From contig JBGSVZ010000126.1 in the NCBI GenBank assembly GCA_041752695.1, positions 1 through 63,122 on the forward strand: a stretch of DNA of 63,122 nucleotides, written 5' to 3'. Below the pieces are notes generated by a model. That model was given only the letters and a program-made list of their open reading frames with translations. It had not been told where the DNA came from and did not search any database. Shown in pieces: positions 10,183 through 19,667 of this stretch. This DNA is from Terrimicrobiaceae bacterium (GTDB lineage: Bacteria; Verrucomicrobiota; Verrucomicrobiia; Chthoniobacterales; Terrimicrobiaceae). Positions within the stretch are counted from its first letter, which is position 1; each line of letters starts with the position of its first letter. The position numbers were made by a program, and so were the translations under genes.

Positions 10183-10449
10183 ATGGCCAACATCAAATCT
10201 TCCGCCAAACGCGGCCGTCAGGCTGCCGAACGCCACGCCCGCAATTCCAGCGTCATCAGCGCCCTGAAATCCGGGCAAAAAAAACTCCGCGCCACGATTG
10301 CCGCGGGCAAGCTCGACGAGGCGAAAACCGAATTCGCCAAAGTTTCCGCCGATCTCGACAAAGCCGCCAAGCGCGGGGTGATCCACAAGAACATGGCCGA
10401 TCGCAAAAAGAGCGTCTTCAATCGCGCTCTGACGCCTGCCAAGGCCTGA
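10183..10449 (+). CDS. rpsT: 30S ribosomal protein bS20
   Basis: MANIKSSAKR...LDKAAKRGVIHKNMADRKKS. Confidence 0.97.
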   Translation: MANIKSSAKRGRQAAERHARNSSVISALKSGQKKLRATIAAGKLDEAKTEFAKVSADLDKAAKRGVIHKNMADRKKSVFNRALTPAKA

Positions 10450-10476
10450 TTTTTTCCCGACCGGGATGCGGCCGAA

Positions 10477-11697
10477 ATGAGTCCCCATCCCGGTTCTCTT
10501 TTGGAAAAACTCCTGCCGGAGACGCTCTCATTTCTGGAGCGTCTGGTCGGGGTCAACAGTTTCACCGGTAACCCCCGGGGAGTTGATCACAACGGTGCCC
10601 TCATTGCGGAACAGTTCGCTCCGCTGGGCTTCGTTCCGGAAAGTGTACCAGCGGACAACCCGGCATTCGGGTCCCATCTTTTTCTGAAGCGCCCGGGATC
10701 GGGATCCCGCGCCCTCCTGCTCGTCACCCACCTCGACACGGTCTATCCCGCAGACGAGGAAGCCCGAAACTCCTTCCGATGGAGCGTCGAGGGCGACTGG
10801 ATTTACGGCCCTGGGGTCAATGACAACAAAGGCGGCACCGCCATGATCTGGCTCCTGCTCGCAGCCTTGCGCGAGAGCGCGCCGGACGTTTTCGCCGCCA
10901 CCACCTGGCTGATCGCCGCCAACGCCGCGGAAGAGGAACTCGCCCGGGATTTTCCCCGTCTCTGCCACGAACGCCTCCCGGAAAAATGTCGCGCCGGTCT
11001 CGTTTTCGAAGCCTGCACCGGACAGGGACGCGGTCTCACTCTCGTGCGCTGCCGCAAGGGGTCGGCAAATTTCCGGGTGACCACCGAAGGCCGGGGTGCC
11101 CATGCGGGCAGCCGGCACGCCGAAGGGGCCAACGCCGTGGTGGAGATGGCCCATATCATTCCTCTCATCGCCGCACTCACCGATCCCTCCCGGGATCTCA
11201 CCGCCAACGTCGGCAATGTGAATGGCGGAGGTGCCTCAAACCGTGTGCCGCACCACGCCACCTGCGAGATCAACATCCGCGCTTTCGACGAAACCATTTT
11301 GCAGGAGGCCGTGGACGCCATGTTTGCCTTGGAAAAAAACCCGCCCGCCGTCCGCGCAGTCAGCGACGGACATCCCTGCCGCGTCCGGGTCGAATTGCAA
11401 AGCCGCAATCCTGCCTGGGGACAAAATGCGTCCACCGACGCCCTGATTGACATCTGGACCGCCGCCGGGGCCCAGCTCGGCATCCCTCTGCTGGTCGAAC
11501 CCCGCGGCGGCCTGAGCGATGGGAATTACTTGTCCCAATTCATTCCTGTGCTGGATGGTCTTGGCCCCTTTGGCCTCAACGGCCACACCTCGGAACGCAG
11601 CCTGGATGGGTCCAAAATGCCCGAGTCTGTCCTGCCCGAATCGTTTCTAAAAATGGGCGCGGTCAACGTCTCCGGCGTCCTCGACCTGCTGCAATGA
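10477..11697 (+). CDS. M20-family metallopeptidase (carboxypeptidase G2-like)
   Basis: HLDTV, GPGVNDNKGG, AEEE, G.GAHAG, GG.SDGN and GHT metal-site motifs. Confidence 0.88.
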   Translation: MSPHPGSLLEKLLPETLSFLERLVGVNSFTGNPRGVDHNGALIAEQFAPLGFVPESVPADNPAFGSHLFLKRPGSGSRALLLVTHLDTVYPADEEARNSFRWSVEGDWIYGPGVNDNKGGTAMIWLLLAALRESAPDVFAATTWLIAANAAEEELARDFPRLCHERLPEKCRAGLVFEACTGQGRGLTLVRCRKGSANFRVTTEGRGAHAGSRHAEGANAVVEMAHIIPLIAALTDPSRDLTANVGNVNGGGASNRVPHHATCEINIRAFDETILQEAVDAMFALEKNPPAVRAVSDGHPCRVRVELQSRNPAWGQNASTDALIDIWTAAGAQLGIPLLVEPRGGLSDGNYLSQFIPVLDGLGPFGLNGHTSERSLDGSKMPESVLPESFLKMGAVNVSGVLDLLQ

Positions 11698-12695
11698 TCG
11701 TCGAGGCGGAAAAATTTTCCATCCGCCTGCGCCGTCCCTTCCGCATCGCCCACGGCACCAGCACCACGCGCGACACTCTGCTCGTCCACCTGCGCGACGG
11801 CGACCACACCGCCCATGGAGAAGGCGCGCTGCCTCCCTACTATCCTTCGACCGCTGAAGCCGGACTGGATTGGTTGAAAATCGTCCCCGCGGAGGGCGAT
11901 ATCCCCGACGCCCCACCCATGGCCGCGGCCGCCCGGGTCGCCTGGGAAATCGCCCATCAGGATCTCCATGCTCAACGAGCCGGACTTCCCCTGTGGAAAA
12001 TGTGGGGCCTGGATCCATCAAATCTCCCACCCTGCCCCACCACGCTTTCCATTCCCGAAACGGAAGCGGAATTGCAAGAAGCGCTGGCCGAAGCTTTCGC
12101 GGACGGAACAGCGCTGCTGAAATTGAAATCCGGCAGTGGCGATCTTGCCTGGGATGAACGGTGCGCGACCATGGTAGAAGCCACCGGACGCCCCTTCAGC
12201 GTGGACGCCAACGCCGGCTGGTCGCCGGCCGAGGCCGCCCGGATCATCCCGGTCCTCGCACGCCTCGGGGTGGAATTTGTCGAACAACCCACCGGCCGCG
12301 ACCCGGCCGCCTGGCACGAACTCCGCGGCCTGCTCGCTGCGAATCCCACCCCGCCCCTGGTCGCTGACGAATCTCTTCAAACCCGCGAAGACCTCCGCGC
12401 CCTGGCCGGAGTGGCCGACGGCGTGAACATCAAAATCCTCAAAGCCGGAGGCCTCACCGCCGCCCGCGAATGGGTCACCCTCGCCCGTTCGCTGGGCCTC
12501 CGGGTGATGATCGGCGTGATGGTCGAGACCGGCATCGGTCGCAGCGCCGCCGCCCAACTCGCCCCGCTGGCCGACTGGCTGGACATCGATCCGCCCACCA
12601 GCATCCCGGTTGATCCGCTGTGCGGGTTCGAAATGTCCAAGGGCCGGCTTCAGTTATCCCATCGGCCGGGACTGGGGCTGAAATCAGTTCCCTAA
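11694..12695 (+). CDS. Dipeptide epimerase (L-Ala-D/L-Glu epimerase-like, enolase superfamily)
   Basis: PFRIAHG, KLK, VDANAGW, EQP, ADES, NIKILK, MVET, DID. ATGA overlap with the M20 gene. Confidence 0.88.
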   Translation: MIVEAEKFSIRLRRPFRIAHGTSTTRDTLLVHLRDGDHTAHGEGALPPYYPSTAEAGLDWLKIVPAEGDIPDAPPMAAAARVAWEIAHQDLHAQRAGLPLWKMWGLDPSNLPPCPTTLSIPETEAELQEALAEAFADGTALLKLKSGSGDLAWDERCATMVEATGRPFSVDANAGWSPAEAARIIPVLARLGVEFVEQPTGRDPAAWHELRGLLAANPTPPLVADESLQTREDLRALAGVADGVNIKILKAGGLTAAREWVTLARSLGLRVMIGVMVETGIGRSAAAQLAPLADWLDIDPPTSIPVDPLCGFEMSKGRLQLSHRPGLGLKSVP

Positions 12696-13924
12696 AAAAT
12701 CCGCAGCCGCAGCAAATCCAGCGCGGTCTGGGTGGCGAGCTGTTTGAACGTTTCCCGGTCGGTGGGAAACATTTCACGACGGCAAACTGTGTCCCCGCCC
12801 CGCTCCGCGAGTGCGATAAAAACCGTCCCCACAGGCTTTTCCTCCGTCCCGCCCCCAGGCCCCGCAATGCCCGTGATGCCGATGCCAAAATCCGCACCGC
12901 CCCGCTCGGCCGCCCCCTCCGCCATGGCCCGTGCCACGGGCTCGCTCACCGCACCGTAAGCCGCGATCAGCTCCGCTGGAACCCCCACATTGCTTGTCTT
13001 CGCCTCATTCGCATAGGTGACAAATCCCGCGTGGAATATTTCCGAGGCCCCCGGCACATTGGTGATGCGATGCGCCAGCAGCCCGCCCGTGCAGGATTCC
13101 GCCATGGCCACCGTCCGACCGAGGTCGCGGAGCCGCCCAACCACCACTTCCTCCAATGCCTCGCCTTTTTGCGAAACAATGTGACTGCCCAGCAGGCTAC
13201 GCACAACGGTTTCCACCTCATCCAGAATCCGCTTCGATGCAATCAGCCGGAAATCCACTTCGTTGGGCCGTGCGCAATACCCCACCTCGATGTCGCCCCG
13301 CTTTTCCAAGTCGAGCCCCACCAGTTCCTCTACCGTGCTTTCCCCCATGCCAACCACATGATACGTCCGGCATTCGCAATCTGGCGTCCCCCCGCACAAC
13401 CCGCAGAGAATCGGCACCACATAAGTGTCAAACATCGGCTTCAACTCCCGCGGCGGTCCCGGCAAAAAAAACAAATGTGGTGTCGCCATGGCCGGCGTCT
13501 GGGTGGCTGGAAAATATAGCCCCGGCGCCGTGCCAAACTCATTGGGCAGCACGGTCGCCCCCTCCGGCACCATCGCCTGCCGCCGCATCCGCTCCCGAAA
13601 GGGAAATCCCCGCCGCGCCAGCCGCGCTTCGATGGCCGCCACCACCCCCGCATCCTCAAAGAGCCTAGCGCCCAGCAACTCAGCGGCAATCTCCCGCGTG
13701 ACGTCGTCCGTGGTCGGTCCCAGCCCACCGGTGACAATCAGGATCTCGCACCGCGGAAACGCCTCCAACAACCCTTGCCGGATGGCTGCACCGTCGGGAA
13801 TCGTCGTCTGCCGAGCAATCCGCAGGCCAAGGGGAAAGAGCCTCTGCCCGAACCATGCCAGATGACTGTTGATCACATTTCCCAGCAGCAACTCCGTGCC
13901 GGTATTGAGGACTTCGACGTTCAC
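12692..13924 (-). CDS. cinA: Competence/damage-inducible protein CinA (MoCF-like domain + PncC NMN deamidase)
   Basis: GTELLLG...NS, TGGLGPTTDD, PGPPRE, AESCTGG, GAVSE.VA..MA.G, TGIAGP.GG. Confidence 0.95.
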   Translation of the reverse strand: MNVEVLNTGTELLLGNVINSHLAWFGQRLFPLGLRIARQTTIPDGAAIRQGLLEAFPRCEILIVTGGLGPTTDDVTREIAAELLGARLFEDAGVVAAIEARLARRGFPFRERMRRQAMVPEGATVLPNEFGTAPGLYFPATQTPAMATPHLFFLPGPPRELKPMFDTYVVPILCGLCGGTPDCECRTYHVVGMGESTVEELVGLDLEKRGDIEVGYCARPNEVDFRLIASKRILDEVETVVRSLLGSHIVSQKGEALEEVVVGRLRDLGRTVAMAESCTGGLLAHRITNVPGASEIFHAGFVTYANEAKTSNVGVPAELIAAYGAVSEPVARAMAEGAAERGGADFGIGITGIAGPGGGTEEKPVGTVFIALAERGGDTVCRREMFPTDRETFKQLATQTALDLLRLRIF

Positions 13925-13966
13925 GCCTCCCTCATAGCGGGATTCCGGCTTCGCGCAAGAAACACG

Positions 13967-14794
13967 CTACCCGTCCCGCGAGAGCGCTTTGATCCACGCG
14001 TTCACCCGCGCATGGCGCTCGAGGTCCTTTTGCCGATCGTACACGTAAAGCAGATTCGCCAGCATGCGCAGGAGAATCTGCCGGGGGGAGGCCGCGTCCA
14101 GATGGGACGCCCTCAGCTTTAAGTTTTGCCGCGTGAGGATTTCTTCACAATCCGCCTTGGTCAGAATCCGTCCGCGATGAAACGGATCAAAAATCACCTC
14201 GCCGTGACGCGCCACAAAGTGTCCCGGCAGATTGATGCCCTCCACCTTCATCCCCGCCCGCTCGGCCACCATGCGGTAAATCATGGCCAACGAAATCGGA
14301 ATCCCCATTCGGGTCTCGATCACATGCGGCAACAGCGAGTTTCTCTCGCAATAATAGTCGTCCGTGTTTCCCCGGAAACACAATTCTCCCGCCAGAAAAT
14401 CCGCCAGGCATTGCACCCGCTGACGATTGCTCACCACTCCGGAAATTTTCACCAAAAACTGACGCCCCCAATGGTTCACCTTGTGCTCGAAGGCGGCAAT
14501 GTCCACTGCCGGATCGAGGGCATGGGCCAGCATCCAACACGAGCGCTCCAAGTCCGTCTCGTTGTTAAAAAAATGGGAAAGCAGCAAAAATTCCTCATCG
14601 GCTCCCTGACTCGCGATTTCCGCCAGCACGTCCCGCGCATGATAAGAAACGCGCTCGTCATCCAGCTGGGCGAGATCTCTCAGGCCCGGAATGTAATCTT
14701 CACCTCCCAAGGCGAGCTGTTCCTTCACCAGGCGAACGGTATCAGGGTCATCATCCCGGAGTAACTTGGCCACGGCGTCGAGTTGTTCAATCAT
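13967..14794 (-). CDS. SirB1/YchA-like transglutaminase-family protein
   Basis: FRGNTDDYY..NSLL..V...R.GIPISL, G.NLPGHF, DPF..G, IL.RML.NL. Confidence 0.88.
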   Translation of the reverse strand: MIEQLDAVAKLLRDDDPDTVRLVKEQLALGGEDYIPGLRDLAQLDDERVSYHARDVLAEIASQGADEEFLLLSHFFNNETDLERSCWMLAHALDPAVDIAAFEHKVNHWGRQFLVKISGVVSNRQRVQCLADFLAGELCFRGNTDDYYCERNSLLPHVIETRMGIPISLAMIYRMVAERAGMKVEGINLPGHFVARHGEVIFDPFHRGRILTKADCEEILTRQNLKLRASHLDAASPRQILLRMLANLLYVYDRQKDLERHARVNAWIKALSRDG

Positions 14795-14900
14795 GCCACT
14801 CTCTCCCTACGCCGAAAACCCACCTGGCGCAAGCGGGAGGGAAAGACGCGAGGACGCGGAGAAAATCCCCGAGTCTCCCCTGCTCGAAGTCTTTCCAGTC

Positions 14901-15086
14901 TCAGGCGGCGTCAATCTCCACCGCTAGCACCCGGCCCGGCTGGCAGCGCACGGAAATGTTCATCGGCCGGCAGCAGACCGCGCAATCTTCGATGGTCGAA
15001 TAATCCCCCTCCTCGGTGTCCACCTGGATGGCAAAAGCCTCCCCGCATTGCGGGCACTCGATTTCCACATCCTCGATCAGGTTCAT
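14901..15086 (-). CDS. CPXCG-motif cysteine-rich small protein
   Basis: CPQCGE...D......IEDCAVCCRP. Confidence 0.9.
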   Translation of the reverse strand: MNLIEDVEIECPQCGEAFAIQVDTEEGDYSTIEDCAVCCRPMNISVRCQPGRVLAVEIDAA

Positions 15087-15137
15087 CGTCGCAGAGCGTA
15101 TCCTGCCGCAAGCCTCAAGGCAAATCTCGAACCCAGC

Positions 15138-15422
15138 TTATTCCGCGGAGAGCAAGTCCCGCGCAATGCTTTCCCACTCGCTGGCCAGACTTCCCTCGAA
15201 GCGGGGCTTCTGTGCCCGGGCATACCAATACCCTGCGTTCGACCCATCACCCTCCTTGCGATGCAGGTAGGCATGCACCCAGGCCGCGGCGGCGGATTCA
15301 TCATCCTGCACCACCCGATGCGCCTCGTCCCAATTTCCCGCCGCGTCGTGCCAGAGGGCGCGCAAAGGACCCGAGAGGACAACAGGCTCGGCAAGGGCGG
15401 AAGAGAATTCTAAGAAGGTCAT
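15138..15422 (-). CDS. Conserved hypothetical protein
   Basis: WD.AH..VQ...AAWVHAYLHRKEGD..NA.YWY motif of a widespread uncharacterised family. Confidence 0.85.
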   Translation of the reverse strand: MTFLEFSSALAEPVVLSGPLRALWHDAAGNWDEAHRVVQDDESAAAAWVHAYLHRKEGDGSNAGYWYARAQKPRFEGSLASEWESIARDLLSAE

Positions 15423-15468
15423 TGGGCTAAGAGATCAGAATAGCCCGACCCAAGTGGAATCCAAGGCC

Positions 15469-16185
15469 TTACCGCCGCAGCGAAAAATTCACCGGAACTT
15501 CCACCACCGTATCCGCCGCCTGGCCACCAATGGAGCCCGGCACAAACCGCCAGCTTTTCACCGCGGCCAGCGCGGCCCGGTCGAGCACGCCGTACCCTGA
15601 ACCCCGGCGAATGGAAACCGCGGTGACCCGACCGGAGGCCGCGACGCTGGCGCGCACGATCACGCGGCCGTGCCAGCCATTGCGCCGGGCCATTTCCGGA
15701 TACTGAGGCGGACGATTCCGCGGCGCGTCGGGACGCGCCTCACGGACGACTCCGGAGGGTCCACTCGACGCCGCTCCACCGGTCTTGGCCCCCGGGACGG
15801 GGACTGCGGCAGTTTTTGGCGGGGAGGACTGAGACTTGGTCACCGTGGGACGTTGCTGCGGTGCGGCCTTGGGCACCCGGACCGCTGGAGAAACCACCGG
15901 TTCGGGAACAGGCGGAGCGGGAACCGGTTCAGGTTCCGGCGCAGGCGGTTCGGGGGCGGGCGGGGGGATCTCGGGTTCCGGTGGCGATTCAGATTCCTCC
16001 GACGGTGGCAACTCGGAAGCGGGAGCCATGGCCACGAGCGAACTGGCAGCGACCAGTTCCACTTCGACCGGCCGGGTGCGGGCAGGCACCGGCCCAGGAG
16101 GCAAAGCCGTCAGCAGGGCAGCATGCGCGCTGACCGCAAGAAAGAATGCCGCCAGATACCATCGGCCGGGCCGGTCCGCATTCAT
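15469..16185 (-). CDS. tonB: Energy transducer TonB
   Basis: TM with S-H (VSAHAALL), Pro/Glu-rich linker, P.YP..ARR.G..G.V and SG...LD.AAL.AV..W.F.P. Confidence 0.92.
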   Translation of the reverse strand: MNADRPGRWYLAAFFLAVSAHAALLTALPPGPVPARTRPVEVELVAASSLVAMAPASELPPSEESESPPEPEIPPPAPEPPAPEPEPVPAPPVPEPVVSPAVRVPKAAPQQRPTVTKSQSSPPKTAAVPVPGAKTGGAASSGPSGVVREARPDAPRNRPPQYPEMARRNGWHGRVIVRASVAASGRVTAVSIRRGSGYGVLDRAALAAVKSWRFVPGSIGGQAADTVVEVPVNFSLRR

Positions 16186-16595
16186 CGCGGACCCGCCGTG
16201 GTTTCGATGGCAATTTTTCCAATCCCGAGGCGGCGGGCTTCATCAAGGACGGCAACGGCCACGCCGAACTCCGCCTTGGCGTCGCCATTGACAAAGACCC
16301 GCGGCTCCGGGTTCCCCGCCTTGAGCGCCTGAAGCCGGGCGCTGAGTTGCTCCCGCGTGACGGCCTCCTTGTTGAAAAACAGGGTGCCGTCCGCCGTGAT
16401 GGAAATGGTGGTCGGATCCACGCGTTCCTGGGGTTCGCTCGTCGCCGCGGACGGCAGGTTGACGGCGATGCCCTGGTTTTTGACCATGGACAGCGAGACC
16501 ATTACAAACGTCGCCAGGAGAAAAAAAATGATGTCGATGAGCGGAACGATCTCGATGCGGGCTTTGCGGCCCGCGCGGGGCGAGGGAATGTTCAT
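16182..16595 (-). CDS. exbD: Biopolymer transporter ExbD
   Basis: IEIVPLIDIIFFLLATFVM, V.LP.A, GD....G..V.VLD. Confidence 0.93.
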   Translation of the reverse strand: MNIPSPRAGRKARIEIVPLIDIIFFLLATFVMVSLSMVKNQGIAVNLPSAATSEPQERVDPTTISITADGTLFFNKEAVTREQLSARLQALKAGNPEPRVFVNGDAKAEFGVAVAVLDEARRLGIGKIAIETTAGPR

Positions 16596-17212
16596 GGCTG
16601 CGCGACCGGCGCAGGCGAACGCGCCAGGTGCAATTCCACATGGGACGCCGCATCCTGAATCTGAAGACGGGCTTCTTCGAGACGGCCGTTGAGGTAGTTG
16701 AACGGAATCAACGCCACGATGGCCACTCCCAGACCAAAGGCCGTGGCGATGAGGGCCTCCGCGATACCCCCGGTAATGGCGGCAGGCGCTCCCAGTTCAT
16801 CAGCGCCGAGCAGACCGAAGGAATGAATCATGCCGGTCACCGTGCCCAACAATCCCAGCAAAGGCGCCAGGGTGATGATCGTGTCGAGGGTGTCAATCCC
16901 ACGGTTAAACCGGGAAAGCTCCCGATTTGCCGCCCGCAAAAGGGCGTCGGAAACCGACTTGTCCCGATGCGCCAGGCCATACGTGAGGGCCCGCACTACA
17001 AAATCCGACGAACCCCCGCCCAACTGGACCGCCCGGTCGGCCTCCCCGTGTTCCACCGCCCCCAACACCCCCGCCAAGGTCTCCGGATCCCGGCGAAAGC
17101 GCTCGCGCGCAATGAAAATCAACCGCTCAATGACGACCGTCACGGCCACCAGCGAAGTGAGAAGGAGCGGCCACATCATCGGACCGCCTTTGAGAAAAAG
17201 TTGCAAAATCAT
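16592..17212 (-). CDS. exbB: MotA/TolQ/ExbB proton channel
   Basis: GGPMMWPLL, TIITLAPLLGLLGTVTGMI, GIAEALIATAFGL. The real gene is only the 3' 206 codons of the listed 1096-aa ORF. Confidence 0.93.
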   Translation of the reverse strand: MILQLFLKGGPMMWPLLLTSLVAVTVVIERLIFIARERFRRDPETLAGVLGAVEHGEADRAVQLGGGSSDFVVRALTYGLAHRDKSVSDALLRAANRELSRFNRGIDTLDTIITLAPLLGLLGTVTGMIHSFGLLGADELGAPAAITGGIAEALIATAFGLGVAIVALIPFNYLNGRLEEARLQIQDAASHVELHLARSPAPVAQP

Positions 17213-17289
17213 GGCTTCGAAAAGGACCGACCTCCCGGTCGAAAACGCGTCTCCAAACGCGTGCCCAAGCAGTTGGCCAGCTATGCATG

Positions 17290-17333
17290 TGAGATTCAAT
17301 CTCGAATTTCTTGATTTTCGCGACTGATTCTCA
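17290..17333. promoter_or_regulatory. Two Fur-box-like 7-1-7 sites in the exbB/TBDR divergent promoter
   Basis: TGAGATT-C-AATCTCG (17290-17304) and CGCGACT-G-ATTCTCA (17319-17333). Located between iron-uptake-type genes. Confidence 0.5.
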
Positions 17334-17347
17334 TTCTCTGTCCGGCC

Positions 17348-19588
17348 ATGAATTTTTGTCAGTCCCGATTCCGCTGGATCCCGCTCGCCCTGGCGACCGG
17401 ATTGGTTACGAGTTTGCTGCACGGCCAGGACGTTTCGACCGGGCCCGTGGAAGTTCTCGACGAGATCACCGTGGAAGCCGACTACGACACCCAGGTGGAC
17501 GGACCGTTTCTGCCCGATGTCGAAGGCACGCGGATCAATGCGGGAAAAAAGACCTCCAACATCCGCCTGGAGGAACTGCCGGAGATCAGCAACGGCAACT
17601 ACCGGCAGGTCATCGCGAAAACTCCCGGCCTCATTCTTTCCGAAGAAACCACCCCATTGGTGAGTATCGGCTACCGGGGGTACGACCCGCACCGCATGCA
17701 ATATTTCCAGGTGCTCGAGGACGGCGTGCCAATTCATGCCGACATGCTTGGATACCCCGAAGCCTATTACACCCCACCCTTTGACGCGATCGAACGCATT
17801 GAATTCATCCGCGGCGGCGCGGCGCTCATGTATGGCCCTCAGCCCGCGGGAGCGATCAATTTCGTCATGAAAAAACCGCCGACCGATACCAAGCTCGCCG
17901 TCGAGTCGCTGAACATGGTGGGAAGTTTTAACTACTACTCGAACTTCTCCTCCCTCGGCGGTACGATCGGTCGTTTCGGCTACTACGGCTGGTACAATCA
18001 TCGCGAAACCGACGGCTTTCGGGAAGCGAACAGCGACTATTTCCTCAACGCCTGGGGCGGCACCTTTGCCCTGGATGCCACCGGTCCGAAACGCTGGTAT
18101 CTCAACCTCACCGCCTACGATGAAACCCACGGCGAACCCGGCGGCCTCACCCTCAGCGACGGACCGAACGCGGTGAATTATGACAAAAACCGCAACGCCA
18201 CCTCGCGGTTCTTCGACCGCATGCGGATCAGCCGCTACGCCGCCGCCTTGATCCATGAATGGGACGTCTCCGAAACCTCGCTCTTCACCTTCCGCGCCTG
18301 GTGGGACGCCTACCAGCGCTACAGCGCCCGCCAGCGCGGCGGCGGCTTCGGCACGCTCCCGACCGGGCCTGCGGCGCAAACCAACCAGATCGAAAATCAG
18401 CGCTTTTACACCTTCGGCATTGAACCCCGCGTGCGGCACGACTGGGAATGGCTCGACAACACCCACACCCTCACGGGCGGCATGATGCTCTACAACACCT
18501 ATTCGCCGCGCCGCGACATGCAGGGCAGCAGCCCAGGTGCCACCACCGGCTACCTCACCAGCGCGAGCGACCGCACCTCGTGGTATTATTCGCTCTTTGC
18601 GGAGAACCGTTTCCAGTTCGGCAAACTTTCCATCACCCCTGGATTCCGCCTGGAAAATATCTGGCAGACGGTCAAGGAGACCACCAACGTTTCCAAAAAC
18701 CGCGTCGGAGCTCCGCTGTCCAACGAGACCCAATACAACTTTGTTCCCCTCTTCGGCCTCGGTCTCGAATACGCCTTCACCCCCGAGATCGCCGCCTACG
18801 CCAATGTCTCGCAGGCCTATCGTCCGCCCATCTTCAGCCAGGCCGTTCCCACTTCGCCGACCACGGTCGTCGCGGGCAACCTGAATGAAAGTTTTGTCTG
18901 GAATTACGAGGTCGGTTTCCGGGGAAATCCGAAATCCTGGCTCTCCTGGGACACCAGTTTTTTCATGATCGACAACTCCGATCAGATCGGGACCCGCACC
19001 GCCGACAACGGCAACCTCACCATTATTGAAAATTCCGGACGCTCTTTCGTTTACGGATGGGACCTCGCCGCCGAGGTTGATCTGGTCGGACTGGCGGACC
19101 ATCTTTTTAATCAGGAAAAAATCCCGGCAACGGTGGGGGACAAGACCGGCAAATCCTTCAAGGAACCCGTCTCCGCCCACCAAAGTTGGGTGGATCGCTA
19201 CGGATCCCTGCGCGTTTATTCCGCACTCACCCTGAGCAAAGGCGAATTCATCAGCGGACCAAACGACGGCAAAACCCCGCAATACCTGCCGGACTATTCC
19301 TACCGCGTCGGCCTCGTCTACAACTGGCGCGATATCGTGAAGGTCGCTTTCATGGGCAACTTCGTCGGCTCGACTTACGCGGACGACACCAACACGTCCT
19401 CGCGTTTCATCCCCGCCTACGACGTCTGGGACCTCACCGTGGAAGCCAAGGTCTATCGGGACACGGTTACCATCGTCGGCGGCGTGAACAACATTTTCGA
19501 CCGCGACTACTACGCCCGCATCCGCTCGGACGGCATCGATCCCGCCATGCCTCGGAACTGGTATGCCGGCGTGAAGGTGAAGTTCTAA
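17348..19588 (+). CDS. TonB-dependent outer-membrane receptor (FecA-like)
   Basis: Signal peptide, LDEITV TonB-box-like segment, plug motif IERIEFIRGGAALMYGP, C-terminal GVNNIFDRDY...PRNWYAGVKVKF. Confidence 0.93.
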   Translation: MNFCQSRFRWIPLALATGLVTSLLHGQDVSTGPVEVLDEITVEADYDTQVDGPFLPDVEGTRINAGKKTSNIRLEELPEISNGNYRQVIAKTPGLILSEETTPLVSIGYRGYDPHRMQYFQVLEDGVPIHADMLGYPEAYYTPPFDAIERIEFIRGGAALMYGPQPAGAINFVMKKPPTDTKLAVESLNMVGSFNYYSNFSSLGGTIGRFGYYGWYNHRETDGFREANSDYFLNAWGGTFALDATGPKRWYLNLTAYDETHGEPGGLTLSDGPNAVNYDKNRNATSRFFDRMRISRYAAALIHEWDVSETSLFTFRAWWDAYQRYSARQRGGGFGTLPTGPAAQTNQIENQRFYTFGIEPRVRHDWEWLDNTHTLTGGMMLYNTYSPRRDMQGSSPGATTGYLTSASDRTSWYYSLFAENRFQFGKLSITPGFRLENIWQTVKETTNVSKNRVGAPLSNETQYNFVPLFGLGLEYAFTPEIAAYANVSQAYRPPIFSQAVPTSPTTVVAGNLNESFVWNYEVGFRGNPKSWLSWDTSFFMIDNSDQIGTRTADNGNLTIIENSGRSFVYGWDLAAEVDLVGLADHLFNQEKIPATVGDKTGKSFKEPVSAHQSWVDRYGSLRVYSALTLSKGEFISGPNDGKTPQYLPDYSYRVGLVYNWRDIVKVAFMGNFVGSTYADDTNTSSRFIPAYDVWDLTVEAKVYRDTVTIVGGVNNIFDRDYYARIRSDGIDPAMPRNWYAGVKVKF

Positions 19589-19597
19589 TCCCCCGCG

Positions 19598-19623
19598 GTA
19601 GGGAGCCTTGTCCCCAACGCTCC
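19598..19623 (+). repeat. REP-like element (GTAG foot + hairpin)
   Basis: GTAG-GGAGCCTTG-TCCC-CAACGCTCC just after the TBDR stop. Confidence 0.55.
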
Positions 19624-19632
19624 GCCGCTCCC

Positions 19633-19660
19633 TTGACATCGCCACCCGCCATCCGACAAT
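19633..19660 (+). promoter_or_regulatory. Sigma70-like promoter of phnD (probably leaderless)
   Basis: TTGACA-16nt-GACAAT, 7 nt before ATG 19668. Confidence 0.55.
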
Positions 19661-19667
19661 CCCTGCC

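Noticed and set aside
10077..10200. tRNA as a prophage or island integration site
   Set aside because: No integrase or duplicated tRNA 3' end seen; rpsT follows directly.
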